DNA of 45,585 nucleotides from a virus (Duplodnaviria; Heunggongvirae; Uroviricota; Caudoviricetes): IMG/VR virus record IMGVR_UViG_2582580752_000004; one strand, 5' to 3'. Shown piece by piece: positions 7,962 to 16,872 of this stretch (position 1 is its first letter; each line of letters starts with the position of its first letter). The notes under the pieces were generated by a model. It saw only the letters and a program-made list of their open reading frames with translations, ran no database searches and was not told where the DNA came from. The position numbers and the translations under genes were made by a program.

Positions 7962-9011
7962 GTGCGGGTATTACTTCGACCTGTTCTGGTACCGGAACTC
8001 GGTCTGGTTATCGTTAAGCCAGGCCGTGAATCCATGCGGGTATTTCATGGCGGCAGGGTGCTGGTGGAGTCTGAACCGAAAAGCATGCGTAATCTGCCGT
8101 CCGGGGTCGTTCCTGCCGTTCGCCAGCCGCTGGCGGAAGATAAATCATTACTGCCATTTTTCAGCAATGAGCGTGTGATTCGTGCTGCTGGTGGCGCTGG
8201 TGCACTGTCTGACTGGTTATTACGTCACGTTAAATCCTGCCAGTGGCCTCATGGTGATTACCACCACAGCGAAACCGTCATACATCGTTACGGTACCGGC
8301 GCGATGGTGTTGTGCTGGCACTGCGACAACCAGCTGCGCGACCAGACATCCGAATCACTTGAGCAACTTGCTCAACAAAACCTGTCAGCATGGATGATTG
8401 ACGTCATCCGCCACGCAATGAATGGCACACAGGAACGGGAATTATCGCTGGCTGAATTATCCTGGTGGGCAGTCTGCAATCAGGTGGTGGACGCATTACC
8501 TGAGGCAGTATCGCGTCGCTCTCTGGGATTACCGGCGGAAAAAATCCGCTCCGTATACCGTGAAAGCGACATCATACCGGGAGAACAGACCGCCACCAGC
8601 ATACTGAAGCAGCGCACAAAAAATATTGCGCTACCGCCTCACACCCACCAGCAACAGAACCCACCACAGGAAAAGACGGTGGTCAGCATTGCCGTTGATC
8701 CGGAGTCTCCGGAATCCTTCATGAAACGACCTAAACGTCGCCGCTGGGTAAATGAGAAATACACACGCTGGGTAAAGACACAGCCGTGTGCGTGTTGTGG
8801 TAAGCCAGCGGACGATCCTCATCATCTGATTGGTCATGGTCAGGGTGGAATGGGAACAAAATCCCACGATATTTTCACGCTACCGCTGTGTCGGGAGCAT
8901 CACAACGAGCTTCATGCGGATCCGCTGGCGTTCGAAGAAAAGCATGGTTCCCAGGTTGATTTAATTTTTCGTTTTCTTGATCACGCCTTTGCAACCGGCG
9001 TGCTCGGGTAA
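7962..9011 (+). CDS. DUF968-like phage protein with C-terminal HNH-like zinc-finger motif
   Basis: C-terminal CACCGKPADDPHHLIGHGQGG...HHNELH motif; GTG start at 7962 is uncertain (alternative Met at 8034). Confidence 0.6.
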   Translation: MRVLLRPVLVPELGLVIVKPGRESMRVFHGGRVLVESEPKSMRNLPSGVVPAVRQPLAEDKSLLPFFSNERVIRAAGGAGALSDWLLRHVKSCQWPHGDYHHSETVIHRYGTGAMVLCWHCDNQLRDQTSESLEQLAQQNLSAWMIDVIRHAMNGTQERELSLAELSWWAVCNQVVDALPEAVSRRSLGLPAEKIRSVYRESDIIPGEQTATSILKQRTKNIALPPHTHQQQNPPQEKTVVSIAVDPESPESFMKRPKRRRWVNEKYTRWVKTQPCACCGKPADDPHHLIGHGQGGMGTKSHDIFTLPLCREHHNELHADPLAFEEKHGSQVDLIFRFLDHAFATGVLG

Positions 9012-9023
9012 AAGAGGTTACTG

Positions 9024-9395
9024 ATGCGTATAGAGTTTGTTTTGCCTTACCCGCCGACGGTGAACACCTACTGGCGACGTCGTGGCAGCACATATTTTGT
9101 ATCAAAAGCCGGTGAGCGTTATCGCCGGGCTGTGGCGCTTATTGTTCGCCAGCAGCGGCTGAAATTAAGCCTGTCCGGACGGCTGGCAATAAAAATTATT
9201 GCAGAACCACCGGATAAGCGCCGCCGTGACCTGGACAACATTCTGAAAGCACCGCTGGATGCGCTGACGCATGCGGAAGTGCTCATTGATGACGAGCAGT
9301 TTGATGAAATCAATATTGTGCGCGGTCAGCCTGTGCCAGGTGGACGGCTGGGCGTGAAGATTTACGAAATCAGAGGTGGTAACGATGGCGCGTGA
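9024..9395 (+). CDS. rusA: Holliday-junction resolvase RusA
   Basis: 123 aa with conserved RRRDLDN motif, in the nin region upstream of Q. Confidence 0.85.
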   Translation: MRIEFVLPYPPTVNTYWRRRGSTYFVSKAGERYRRAVALIVRQQRLKLSLSGRLAIKIIAEPPDKRRRDLDNILKAPLDALTHAEVLIDDEQFDEINIVRGQPVPGGRLGVKIYEIRGGNDGA

Positions 9396-9756
9396 TATCC
9401 AGATGGTTCTTGAGCGATGGGGGGCATGGGCAGCAAATAATCATGAAGATGTAACATGGCCCTCGATAGCTGCTGGTTTTAAAGGATTAATCCCGACTAA
9501 AGTGAAATCACGTCCTCAGTGTTCTGATGATGACGCCATGATAATTTGTGGTTGTATGGCACGATTAAACAAGAATAATCAGTATTTGCACGATTTGTTG
9601 GTGGATTATTACGTAGGTGGAATGACATTTATGGCTCTTGCACGTAAGCATAGATGTTCTGATGGGCTTATTGGTAAAAGGCTTTATAAAGCGGAAGGTA
9701 TTATTGAAGGAATGCTTATGGCTCTGAATGTCCGGTTAGATATGGATATGCGGTAG
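9385..9756 (+). CDS. Q: Late-gene antiterminator Q (82/21/QuuD-type)
   Basis: [22 protein letters not shown]... resembles QuuD-family Q from memory; follows rusA. Confidence 0.78.
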   Translation: MARDIQMVLERWGAWAANNHEDVTWPSIAAGFKGLIPTKVKSRPQCSDDDAMIICGCMARLNKNNQYLHDLLVDYYVGGMTFMALARKHRCSDGLIGKRLYKAEGIIEGMLMALNVRLDMDMR

Positions 9757-9901
9757 GGATATATAGTGATGAGGGTTATGTTTTCTGTGTTTATAATTAA
9801 CATGTTTATTTTTTGATGGTCATGTATTGTGGAAGGTAGATAAAATGTTGCCTGGTGAATTGAAAATATTGATAATCAATCTTCATCATTAAATAAAAGG
9901 A
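9757..9901 (+). promoter_or_regulatory. Expected late promoter (pR')/qut region downstream of Q
   Basis: Position only; AT-rich 145-bp gap between Q and the first downstream gene. No motif confirmed. Confidence 0.25.
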
Positions 9902-10726
9902 GTGCTTATGTGGATTGTGTTAGTACTGTCACTGTCAACTCTCAGTTGGCATAAGGTAGTGGCTTTTTCATTGTTGACGGTGTCTGTTGTCCTGGCTGTG
10001 CTTAATGATATTATTGATTGGTCGGTGTTATTTTTTGTTGCTACAATCGTTTTTTTTATTATTTTGAAGTTCAACTGGAAATATAACGCCTGGGCTAAAT
10101 CTATATATGAAGTTGGCATAGTTTTATCAGCCATAGCATTATCTTTCCATCTATGGCCAGGGTTTCACAATCCTGTAGTGCTAAATTCTGTTACTGTTGG
10201 CCCTCAAAGTACTCCCTATACAATGTATTTTAATTTTGATAAAGCGCTGGTGCCATTTTTGTTAGTCCTGTGTACATCTTCTTTGTTTAAAAAAGAAGTA
10301 AAATCAGAAGTGTCTTTGTGGAAGTGGGGGGCTCTGTCGCTCTCTGTTCCTCTTATCCTGTTTTTGGCTGTTTTTTTTGGTGGATTAAAGCCAGAGATTC
10401 ATTTTCCTGAGTGGTTGCCAGAGTTTATATTGGCTAATTTGTTTTTTGTGTCTCTGGCAGAGGAATCATTATTTAGAGGGTATATTCAATCACGGCTATC
10501 AGAAGTAACGTCTCCATTGGTTGCATTAATTGTGGCGGCTTTGTTGTTTGGTTTTTATCACTATTCAGGTGGTGCTTTACTTGTATTATTTGCCACGTTA
10601 TCTGGTGTTGTGTATGGATTGTCATGGATGTGGAGTGGGCGTTTGTGGGTTGCCACCCTTTTCCATTTTGGTTTGAATCTGTGTCACTTGTTATTCTTTA
10701 CCTATCCATTTTTAAAACATAATTGA
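9902..10726 (+). CDS. CPBP-family (CAAX/Abi-domain) intramembrane metalloprotease
   Basis: Multi-pass hydrophobic 274-aa protein with the three CPBP motifs EESLFR, FGFYH and HFGLN; AAAAGGAG SD; AT-rich. Confidence 0.75.
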   Translation: MLMWIVLVLSLSTLSWHKVVAFSLLTVSVVLAVLNDIIDWSVLFFVATIVFFIILKFNWKYNAWAKSIYEVGIVLSAIALSFHLWPGFHNPVVLNSVTVGPQSTPYTMYFNFDKALVPFLLVLCTSSLFKKEVKSEVSLWKWGALSLSVPLILFLAVFFGGLKPEIHFPEWLPEFILANLFFVSLAEESLFRGYIQSRLSEVTSPLVALIVAALLFGFYHYSGGALLVLFATLSGVVYGLSWMWSGRLWVATLFHFGLNLCHLLFFTYPFLKHN

Positions 10727-10866
10727 TTTTTTCTATGGTTTTAAATTTATAAGACTGAAAAATAGCAGGACGTGACATTTGCATGAAAAATATGCACGGC
10801 AAAGCATTTACGTACGTAAAAAATCAGGTATGCTGTTAAGAGTGGTTATTTCGCCGCATAGCTTGA

Positions 10867-10890
10867 CCCCGCCTCTGAGCGGGTTTTTTG
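10867..10890 (+). terminator. Rho-independent terminator after the CPBP gene
   Basis: CCCGC-CTCTGA-GCGGG hairpin followed by TTTTTT. Confidence 0.55.
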
Positions 10891-11012
10891 TGCCCGCAAA
10901 GTAGCGCAGTGCGTTAAATGTGCTGGTAGTTATTAATACAGGTCTTTCAGCTTGCTGGCTTTTTCGGCAAGAGTTATTGGTGTGTCACGTTAACCGGAAA
11001 GGGTAAAAAGAC

Positions 11013-11210
11013 ATGCTGAAACAGCAGGATATGACAGAAACCGCCAGAGTTGTGTTTGATGAATTAAGCGTCACCGAACCGGCGACAGTCGGGGAGATTG
11101 CGCAGAATACTTACCTTTCACGCGAACGCTGCCAGTTAATACTGACCCAGCTTGTTATGGCGGGTCTGGCAGACTATCAGTGCGGTTGTTACAGACGCCT
11201 TCAGTCCTGA
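11013..11210 (+). CDS. Small (65 aa) winged-helix-like protein
   Basis: ORF with an AAAGGG SD-like stretch upstream of the ATG; helix-rich wHTH-like composition. Confidence 0.4.
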   Translation: MLKQQDMTETARVVFDELSVTEPATVGEIAQNTYLSRERCQLILTQLVMAGLADYQCGCYRRLQS

Positions 11211-11347
11211 AGGCTTTTTTATTTGTGGTAAATGGGCGGCTGGTGGGGGTTAGCGGCACCTGTCAGTCCTTTGCTTATGTGTTGATGATAATTTACCTTT
11301 TGGGGCTATAATTGAGCTAACCAATTGCTAATGAAAGTAAAATTATA

Positions 11348-12061
11348 ATGGCTGTTGTCTGTTCAGTTATCATGGTTTGCTCCCCAATTAATATTTTTCT
11401 TGAAAAGGATACGTTGTCACTTAAGCCAGGCTCAGTCGTTCTGGCCACCAAATGCATCAGGGAGCTTTTCCTTATGCATTATGGCAAAGTTAAAATTGTC
11501 GATATAAGCCATTCCATAGTAAGTCAATATCTGGAAATTCAGCATAAGCTGACAAGAACTCATCTGACTGACGTTCCGCTTTATCTGTCACTGGAACCCA
11601 ACAACCCTGCGTTGGCTGCGGCTTTAATTACCAGCCAGGGATTTTCCGGAGAGGTCACGGATATGTTTCTTATGATGGCCTGCCTGTCTCTGTTTGAAAC
11701 AGATGAACGGATGTCATTGTTTTTAAGTGGATGTTTATCCAGCATAAGTGCCAAAGTCAGGGCGATAATTCAGACAGATATATCAGCAAGCTGGACGCTT
11801 GGTGCGATTGCTCTACAGTTGCATATGAGTGAGAGTTTGTTAAAGACAAAACTGAAAAATGAAGGGGGCATGTTCAGTCGCTTGTTGCTGGAAGAGCGGA
11901 TGCGTGTTGCTGTAAATATGTTATGTTCCCGGTATGGATATGGACAGGCTGTAGCAGAAAAATGTGGTTATTCAAGCCGGTCCTACTTTATTTCTGTATT
12001 TCACCGCTATTATGGCTTCCCGCCAGACAGATATGTATCCAGGCAAGGGCTTGATTATTGA
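11348..12061 (+). CDS. AraC/XylS-family transcriptional regulator
   Basis: C-terminal AraC-type HTH (WTLGAIALQLHMSESLLKTKL...YGYGQAVAEKCGYSSRSYFISVFHRYYGFPP); AT-rich. Confidence 0.65.
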   Translation: MAVVCSVIMVCSPINIFLEKDTLSLKPGSVVLATKCIRELFLMHYGKVKIVDISHSIVSQYLEIQHKLTRTHLTDVPLYLSLEPNNPALAAALITSQGFSGEVTDMFLMMACLSLFETDERMSLFLSGCLSSISAKVRAIIQTDISASWTLGAIALQLHMSESLLKTKLKNEGGMFSRLLLEERMRVAVNMLCSRYGYGQAVAEKCGYSSRSYFISVFHRYYGFPPDRYVSRQGLDY

Positions 12062-12089
12062 TTTTCATCTGATTATTATTTTTTGGCTC

Positions 12090-12165
12090 GGCCCTTTAGC
12101 TCAGTGGTGAGAGCGAGCGACTCATAATCGCCAGGTCGCTGGTTCAAATCCAGCAAGGGCCACCA
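12090..12165 (+). tRNA. ileZ: tRNA-Ile2 (anticodon CAU, lysidine type; ileZ/ileX-like)
   Basis: 76-nt cloverleaf folded by eye: acceptor GGCCCTT/AAGGGCC, anticodon loop CTCATAA, 3' CCA. Confidence 0.8.
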
Positions 12166-12174
12166 TATCACATA

Positions 12175-12251
12175 CCGCCATTAGCTCATCAGGACAGAGC
12201 GCCAGCCTTCGAAGCTGGTTGCGCGGGGTTCGGGTCCCCGATGGCGGTCCA
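12175..12251 (+). tRNA. argN: tRNA-Arg (anticodon UCG; argN-like)
   Basis: Cloverleaf folded by eye: acceptor CCGCCAT/ATGGCGG, anticodon loop CTTCGAA, T-arm CGGGG-TTCGGGT-CCCCG, 3' CCA. Confidence 0.7.
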
Positions 12252-12264
12252 TTATCGGTATTCT

Positions 12265-12341
12265 GCGTTGTTAGCTCAGCCGGACAGAGCAATTGCCTTC
12301 TAAGCAATCGGTCAGTGGTTCGACTCCACTACAACGCGCCA
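12265..12341 (+). tRNA. argO: tRNA-Arg (anticodon UCU; argO-like)
   Basis: Cloverleaf folded by eye: acceptor GCGTTGT/ACAACGC, anticodon loop CTTCTAA, T-loop TTCGACT, 3' CCA. Confidence 0.8.
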
Positions 12342-12347
12342 CACTTA

Positions 12348-12382
12348 TTTTCCAGGCTCGCTTCGGCGGGCCTTTTTTGTAT
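12348..12382 (+). terminator. Probable terminator after the tRNA cluster
   Basis: GC-rich imperfect hairpin followed by TTTTTT. Confidence 0.4.
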
Positions 12383-12510
12383 CTGCGCCACGCCCGGCGC
12401 ATATCAACCACAGAGCCTTTCGGGGGTGAGCTTACGGAGTGGTCAGTGTGACTTTCTCTGTGGGCAGATCGCTCCCGGGCGTTGGCTCACCCACCCAAAG
12501 GAACGTCACG

Positions 12511-12942
12511 ATGTTTGGAATCTTCAAAAAGAAAACCCGCAGAGCGGCAGCGGAAATTAAAAAGTTTGAGAAACGCGATCTGGCACAGGCGGTGATTAAC
12601 GCTGCATACCTGGTGGCCTATGCAGATGGTGAATGCGAGGCATCCGAGAAAGCGAAGATCGAACAGGTCTTACGTAATCAGCCTGCGTTGTCTGCGTTTA
12701 CCTCGGAAATTAATGCGATTAGCGCAACTATTATCGGTCAGCTGGATACCAATTTTAAAATTGGTCGTCGTGCCGCGTTACGCGAGATTGAGGATGTGAA
12801 ACACGATACGCGTGAAGCGGAAGATGTGCTGGATGTGGCGGTGGCCATTGCGGAGGCAGACGGCGAAATTGAGCCGGAAGAGCGCAAGGTGCTGGAAGAG
12901 ATTGCCGGTGTTCTGGGTCTTCGTCTGGAGAATTACCTGTGA
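12511..12942 (+). CDS. TerB-like (tellurite-resistance TerB domain) protein
   Basis: 143 aa; AAGGAA SD before MFGIFKKK; repeated acidic YADGE/EADGE motifs typical of TerB-type domains. Confidence 0.55.
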   Translation: MFGIFKKKTRRAAAEIKKFEKRDLAQAVINAAYLVAYADGECEASEKAKIEQVLRNQPALSAFTSEINAISATIIGQLDTNFKIGRRAALREIEDVKHDTREAEDVLDVAVAIAEADGEIEPEERKVLEEIAGVLGLRLENYL

Positions 12943-13106
12943 CGGTAAAACTGCGCCTGACTGTGGCTGCACTCCTGCTGTTTCTGGTGGTGATGGTGGA
13001 TTTCACCAGCAGAATCATGTCGGTGCTGGCGGATGGGGTGCTGGTCTGCGGCATTATGGTATTGCTGTGGCCGGTGATAAAAAGAAACAGCCTGCATAAT
13101 GCTTGA
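12939..13106 (+). CDS. Possible small hydrophobic membrane peptide (55 aa, GTG start overlapping the TerB-like stop)
   Basis: Hand translation VTVKLRLTVAALLLFLVVMVDFTSRIMSVLADGVLVCGIMVLLWPVIKRNSLHNA; not in the ORF track. Confidence 0.3.
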   Translation: MTVKLRLTVAALLLFLVVMVDFTSRIMSVLADGVLVCGIMVLLWPVIKRNSLHNA

Positions 13107-13420
13107 TTTTTTTGTTTGCTGTTTATTAAAAACACTTCTGCATGGTGAATCCCCCTGTGCGGTGGGGCAATCAGCAAGAAGGAATATGGGGTAATCGCGG
13201 ATTCAGGTGCTGATACTGAATTCACCGGGAGGCACCCGGCACCATGCTTTGCCACAAAAGTGTTATTTCTGTTTTTCTCAAACTATCATCGTTATCCCTT
13301 TATTTTCGGCTGCGCATGGCGCGGCCTTTTTTTTACGACCAGCCACTGGCAGATGGTCATCCTGTGATTTGATTCCGCTTCCGGCTTTTTAACTCTGTTC
13401 CTCTACACGGGAGAAATTCG

Positions 13421-15256
13421 ATGTCGATTAAACATTATGATGTTGTCAGGGCGGCGTCGCCGTCAGACCTTGCGGAAAAGCTGACACACAAACTGAAAGA
13501 GGGCTGGCAGCCATACGGCGGACCGGTTGCCATTACGCCGTACACACTGATGCAGGCGGTGGCTATTGAAGGAGAGCCACAGGTCGGCCCTTCATCTGAG
13601 CCGGATTGGTACTACGTCATCGTACTGGCCGGGCAGTCCAATGCCATGGCTTACGGTGAAGGGCTTCCGCTGCCGGATTCATACGATGCTCCGGATCCGC
13701 GCATTAAACAGCTGGCGCGCCGCAGTACAGTGACGCCGGGCGGGGCTGCCTGCAGATATAACGATATTATTCCGGCTGACCACTGTCTGCATGATGTGCA
13801 GGATATGAGTACGCTGAATCATCCGAGGGCTGACCTGAGCAAAGGGCAGTACGGCTGTGTCGGCCAGGGTTTACATATTGCCAAAAAACTGCTCCCGTAT
13901 ATCCCGAATAACGCGGGGATCCTGCTGGTACCATGCTGTCGTGGTGGTTCGGCATTTACCCAGGGCGCGGAGGGGACATTCAGCGAGTCCACGGGGGCCA
14001 GTCAGGATTCGGCACGCTGGGGGGTGGGCAAGCCGTTATATCAGGATCTGATTTCCCGCACAAAAGCGGCATTGCAGAAAAATCCCAAAAACGTTCTGCT
14101 GGCCGTCTGCTGGATGCAGGGAGAGTTTGACATGAGCGCCGCCACCCACGCACAGCAACCTGCGCTGTTTACAGCCATGCTGACACAGTTTCGTGCTGAC
14201 CTCTCCGTGTTTAACGCGCAGTGCCATGGTGGCAGCGCTGCAGATGTGCCGTGGATTTGTGGTGACACGACGTATTACTGGAAAAATACATACGCTACCC
14301 AGTACGACACCGTGTACGGCGGGTATAAAAACAGGGAGAGTGAGGGCGTTTATTTTGTGCCCTTCATGACAGACGGTAACGGCGTCAATACCGCCACTAA
14401 CGCGCCGGCAGAAGATCCGGATATTCCGGCATCAGGATATTACGGTGCGGCATCGAGAACGAATGGAAACCAGGTATCATCAAACCGCCCGACACATTTC
14501 AGTTCATGGGCGCGCAGGAGCATTATTCCGGATCGTCTGGCAACCGCTATTCTGAACGCAGCCGGGCGCACCTCAGCCTTCATCAGTGGTAAGGCACCGG
14601 AAATCAAACCCTCGCCCGGCGGCAACACGCCATCGGGTCCGTCTGCAGATACGTCCGTTCGCACAATCTCCCTGCTGCCGGCAGCCGGAGAGGCTGCTGC
14701 GCAGGGCTGGAGCATTAAGGATGGCGGAATTCAGTTGTCGGGTGGTGTATTTAAGATCACCAAGCAGAGCAATAAAACCTGGTCCCTGACGCATCCGGTG
14801 GATGACGCAATTACCCTGCTGACACAGGGCGGCAGACTGACCTGTAAGTTCCGCCTGTCAGGCGCACTGACCAACAATCAGTTCGGGCTGGAGATTTATC
14901 TGTATACGGATGCTCCCGTTCCTGATGGTGTGGCGATGACGGGTACCGGTAATCCGTTCCTGATGTCGTACTTCACTCAGACCACTGACGGCAGGGTGAA
15001 TCTGATGCATCACAGGAAAGCCGGAAACACGAAGCTGGGGGAGTTCGGCGATTACGGTAACGACTGGCAGACGCTGGAGCTGGTGTTCACCGCCGGCAGT
15101 GCCACGGTTACTCCGAAACTGAATGGAGTGGCTGGCCCGGCATTCCAGGTTATAAAAGACAGTCTGACACTGGGACTGAATGCGCTGACGCTGACGGATG
15201 TTACAAAAAATGCAGCGTATGGCGTTGTGAACCGCCCCGGGAATCCTGGAGACTAA
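13421..15256 (+). CDS. nanS-p: Prophage NanS-p-type sialate O-acetylesterase (DUF1737 N-terminus plus SASA esterase domain), 3' end replaced by IS629
   Basis: N-terminus [21 protein letters not shown]... and GQSN esterase motif; the last 9 codons and the stop lie inside the IS629 left end (from 15228). Confidence 0.8.
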   Translation: MSIKHYDVVRAASPSDLAEKLTHKLKEGWQPYGGPVAITPYTLMQAVAIEGEPQVGPSSEPDWYYVIVLAGQSNAMAYGEGLPLPDSYDAPDPRIKQLARRSTVTPGGAACRYNDIIPADHCLHDVQDMSTLNHPRADLSKGQYGCVGQGLHIAKKLLPYIPNNAGILLVPCCRGGSAFTQGAEGTFSESTGASQDSARWGVGKPLYQDLISRTKAALQKNPKNVLLAVCWMQGEFDMSAATHAQQPALFTAMLTQFRADLSVFNAQCHGGSAADVPWICGDTTYYWKNTYATQYDTVYGGYKNRESEGVYFVPFMTDGNGVNTATNAPAEDPDIPASGYYGAASRTNGNQVSSNRPTHFSSWARRSIIPDRLATAILNAAGRTSAFISGKAPEIKPSPGGNTPSGPSADTSVRTISLLPAAGEAAAQGWSIKDGGIQLSGGVFKITKQSNKTWSLTHPVDDAITLLTQGGRLTCKFRLSGALTNNQFGLEIYLYTDAPVPDGVAMTGTGNPFLMSYFTQTTDGRVNLMHHRKAGNTKLGEFGDYGNDWQTLELVFTAGSATVTPKLNGVAGPAFQVIKDSLTLGLNALTLTDVTKNAAYGVVNRPGNPGD

Positions 15257-15281
15257 ACTTCCTGAGAAAGAGGTAAACAGG

Positions 15282-15608
15282 ATGACTAAAAATACTCGTT
15301 TTTCCCCTGAAGTCCGTCAACGGGCAGTCCGTATGGTTCTGGAAAGTCAGGGCGAATATGACTCACAATGGGCGACAATTTGTTCCATTGCTCCAAAGAT
15401 TGGCTGTACGCCGGAGACTCTGCGTGTCTGGGTTCGCCAGCATGAGCGGGATACCGGGGGCGGTGATGGAGGGCTCACCACCGCTGAACGTCAGCGTCTG
15501 AAAGAGCTGGAGCGTGAAAATCGTGAACTGCGCCGCAGTAACGATATCCTTCGCCAGGCTTCCGCTTATTTTGCGAAGGCGGAGTTCGACCGCCTCTGGA
15601 AAAAATGA
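15282..15608 (+). CDS. IS629 transposase OrfA
   Basis: 108 aa with HTH and leucine-zipper-like C-terminus; IS629 assignment from memory of the sequence. Confidence 0.9.
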   Translation: MTKNTRFSPEVRQRAVRMVLESQGEYDSQWATICSIAPKIGCTPETLRVWVRQHERDTGGGDGGLTTAERQRLKELERENRELRRSNDILRQASAYFAKAEFDRLWKK

Positions 15609-16495
15609 TGCCACTGCTGGATAAGCTGCGTGAGCAGTACGGGGTCGGACCGCTATGCAGCGAACTGCATATTGCCCCGTCAACGTATTACCACTGTCAG
15701 CAACAGCGACATCATCCGGATAAACGCAGTGCCCGTGCGCAGCGCGATGACTGGCTGAAGAAAGAGATACAGCGCGTATACGATGAAAATCACAAGGTAT
15801 ACGGTGTGCGTAAAGTCTGGCGTCAGTTGTTACGGGAAGGTATCAGAGTGGCCAGATGCACTGTGGCACGTCTCATGGCGGTTATGGGACTTGCCGGTGT
15901 TCTCCGGGGTAAAAAGGTCCGTACGACCATCAGCCGGAAAGCCGTTGCCGCAGGCGACCGCGTAAACCGTCAGTTCGTGGCAGAACGACCTGACCAGCTG
16001 TGGGTGGCTGATTTTACTTACGTCAGCACATGGCAGGGCTTCGTCTATGTGGCGTTCATCATTGATGTGTTTGCCGGATACATTGTGGGGTGGCGGGTCT
16101 CATCGTCCATGGAGACGACATTCGTGCTGGATGCACTGGAGCAGGCGTTATGGGCCCGTCGACCGTCCGGCACGGTCCATCACAGTGATAAAGGTTCTCA
16201 GTATGTATCGCTGGCCTACACACAGCGGCTTAAGGAAGCCGGATTACTGGCATCAACAGGAAGTACAGGCGACTCGTATGACAACGCGATGGCGGAGAGC
16301 ATCAATGGTCTTTACAAAGCGGAGGTAATACACCGTAAGAGCTGGAAAAACCGTGCAGAAGTGGAACTGGCCACACTCACGTGGGTGGACTGGTATAACA
16401 ATCGACGATTGCTGGAAAGGCTGGGCCATACTCCTCCGGCAGAAGCAGAAAAAGCTTATTATGCTTCCATCGGAAACGATGATCTGGCAGCCTGA
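15605..16495 (+). CDS. IS629 transposase OrfB (DDE catalytic domain)
   Basis: 296 aa overlapping orfA in the -1 frame, the usual IS3-family arrangement. Confidence 0.9.
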   Translation: MMPLLDKLREQYGVGPLCSELHIAPSTYYHCQQQRHHPDKRSARAQRDDWLKKEIQRVYDENHKVYGVRKVWRQLLREGIRVARCTVARLMAVMGLAGVLRGKKVRTTISRKAVAAGDRVNRQFVAERPDQLWVADFTYVSTWQGFVYVAFIIDVFAGYIVGWRVSSSMETTFVLDALEQALWARRPSGTVHHSDKGSQYVSLAYTQRLKEAGLLASTGSTGDSYDNAMAESINGLYKAEVIHRKSWKNRAEVELATLTWVDWYNNRRLLERLGHTPPAEAEKAYYASIGNDDLAA

Positions 16496-16580
16496 GTTCA
16501 CAGATAAAACACTCTCCAGGAAACCCGGGGCGGTTCAGATAGAAAGTCTGATGCTGGAGATAAATGCACCGGCAGCATAA

Positions 16581-16624
16581 TAAAAAAACAGCCAGTACTG
16601 ACTTTCGTCGGAGAAGTACTGGCT
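16581..16624 (-). terminator. Minus-strand rho-independent terminator (10-bp stem AGCCAGTACT/AGTACTGGCT with T run on the minus strand)
   Basis: Hairpin folded by eye; positioned downstream of the IS110-family transposase on the same strand. Confidence 0.45.
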
Positions 16625-16710
16625 AAGAAGGATAGTTGGGTTTCACATGATACTTATATCTGGCAGTACATTTTCTGACAGACAGTGATGGGTGTTGTCA
16701 AGATATTGTG

Positions 16711-16872
16711 TCATTTATAACCTGAATCAGGGGGGTGCCCCTATTAAGTTGTCAAGCATGTTATGACGCCTGCGGGGTATAAAAAGTCCCGTCATTTATA
16801 ACCTGAATCAGGGGGGTGCCCCTATTAAGTTGTCAAGCATGTTATGACGCCTGCGGGGTATAAAAAGTCCCG
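16711..16872. repeat. Perfect 81-bp tandem duplication (2 copies)
   Basis: Copies at 16711-16791 and 16792-16872 read as identical; overlaps the 3' end of the IS110-family transposase ORF. Confidence 0.8.

Larger units (their letters stand above)
15228..16537 (+). mobile_element. IS629 (IS3 family), complete 1310-bp copy
   Basis: Terminal inverted repeats TGAACCGCCCCGGG at 15228 and CCCGGGGCGGTTCA ending at 16537; orfA and orfB inside; flanks do not form a duplication. Confidence 0.9.

Noticed and set aside
12122-12560. Track ORFs (61 aa minus, 113 aa plus) overlapping the tRNA cluster
   Set aside because: They overlap three well-folded tRNA genes and the terminator; one starts with TTG only.
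12343-13420. Shiga toxin genes stxA/stxB between the tRNA cluster and nanS-p
   Set aside because: No ORF with an A-subunit or B-subunit signature is present; the interval holds the TerB-like gene and non-coding DNA.
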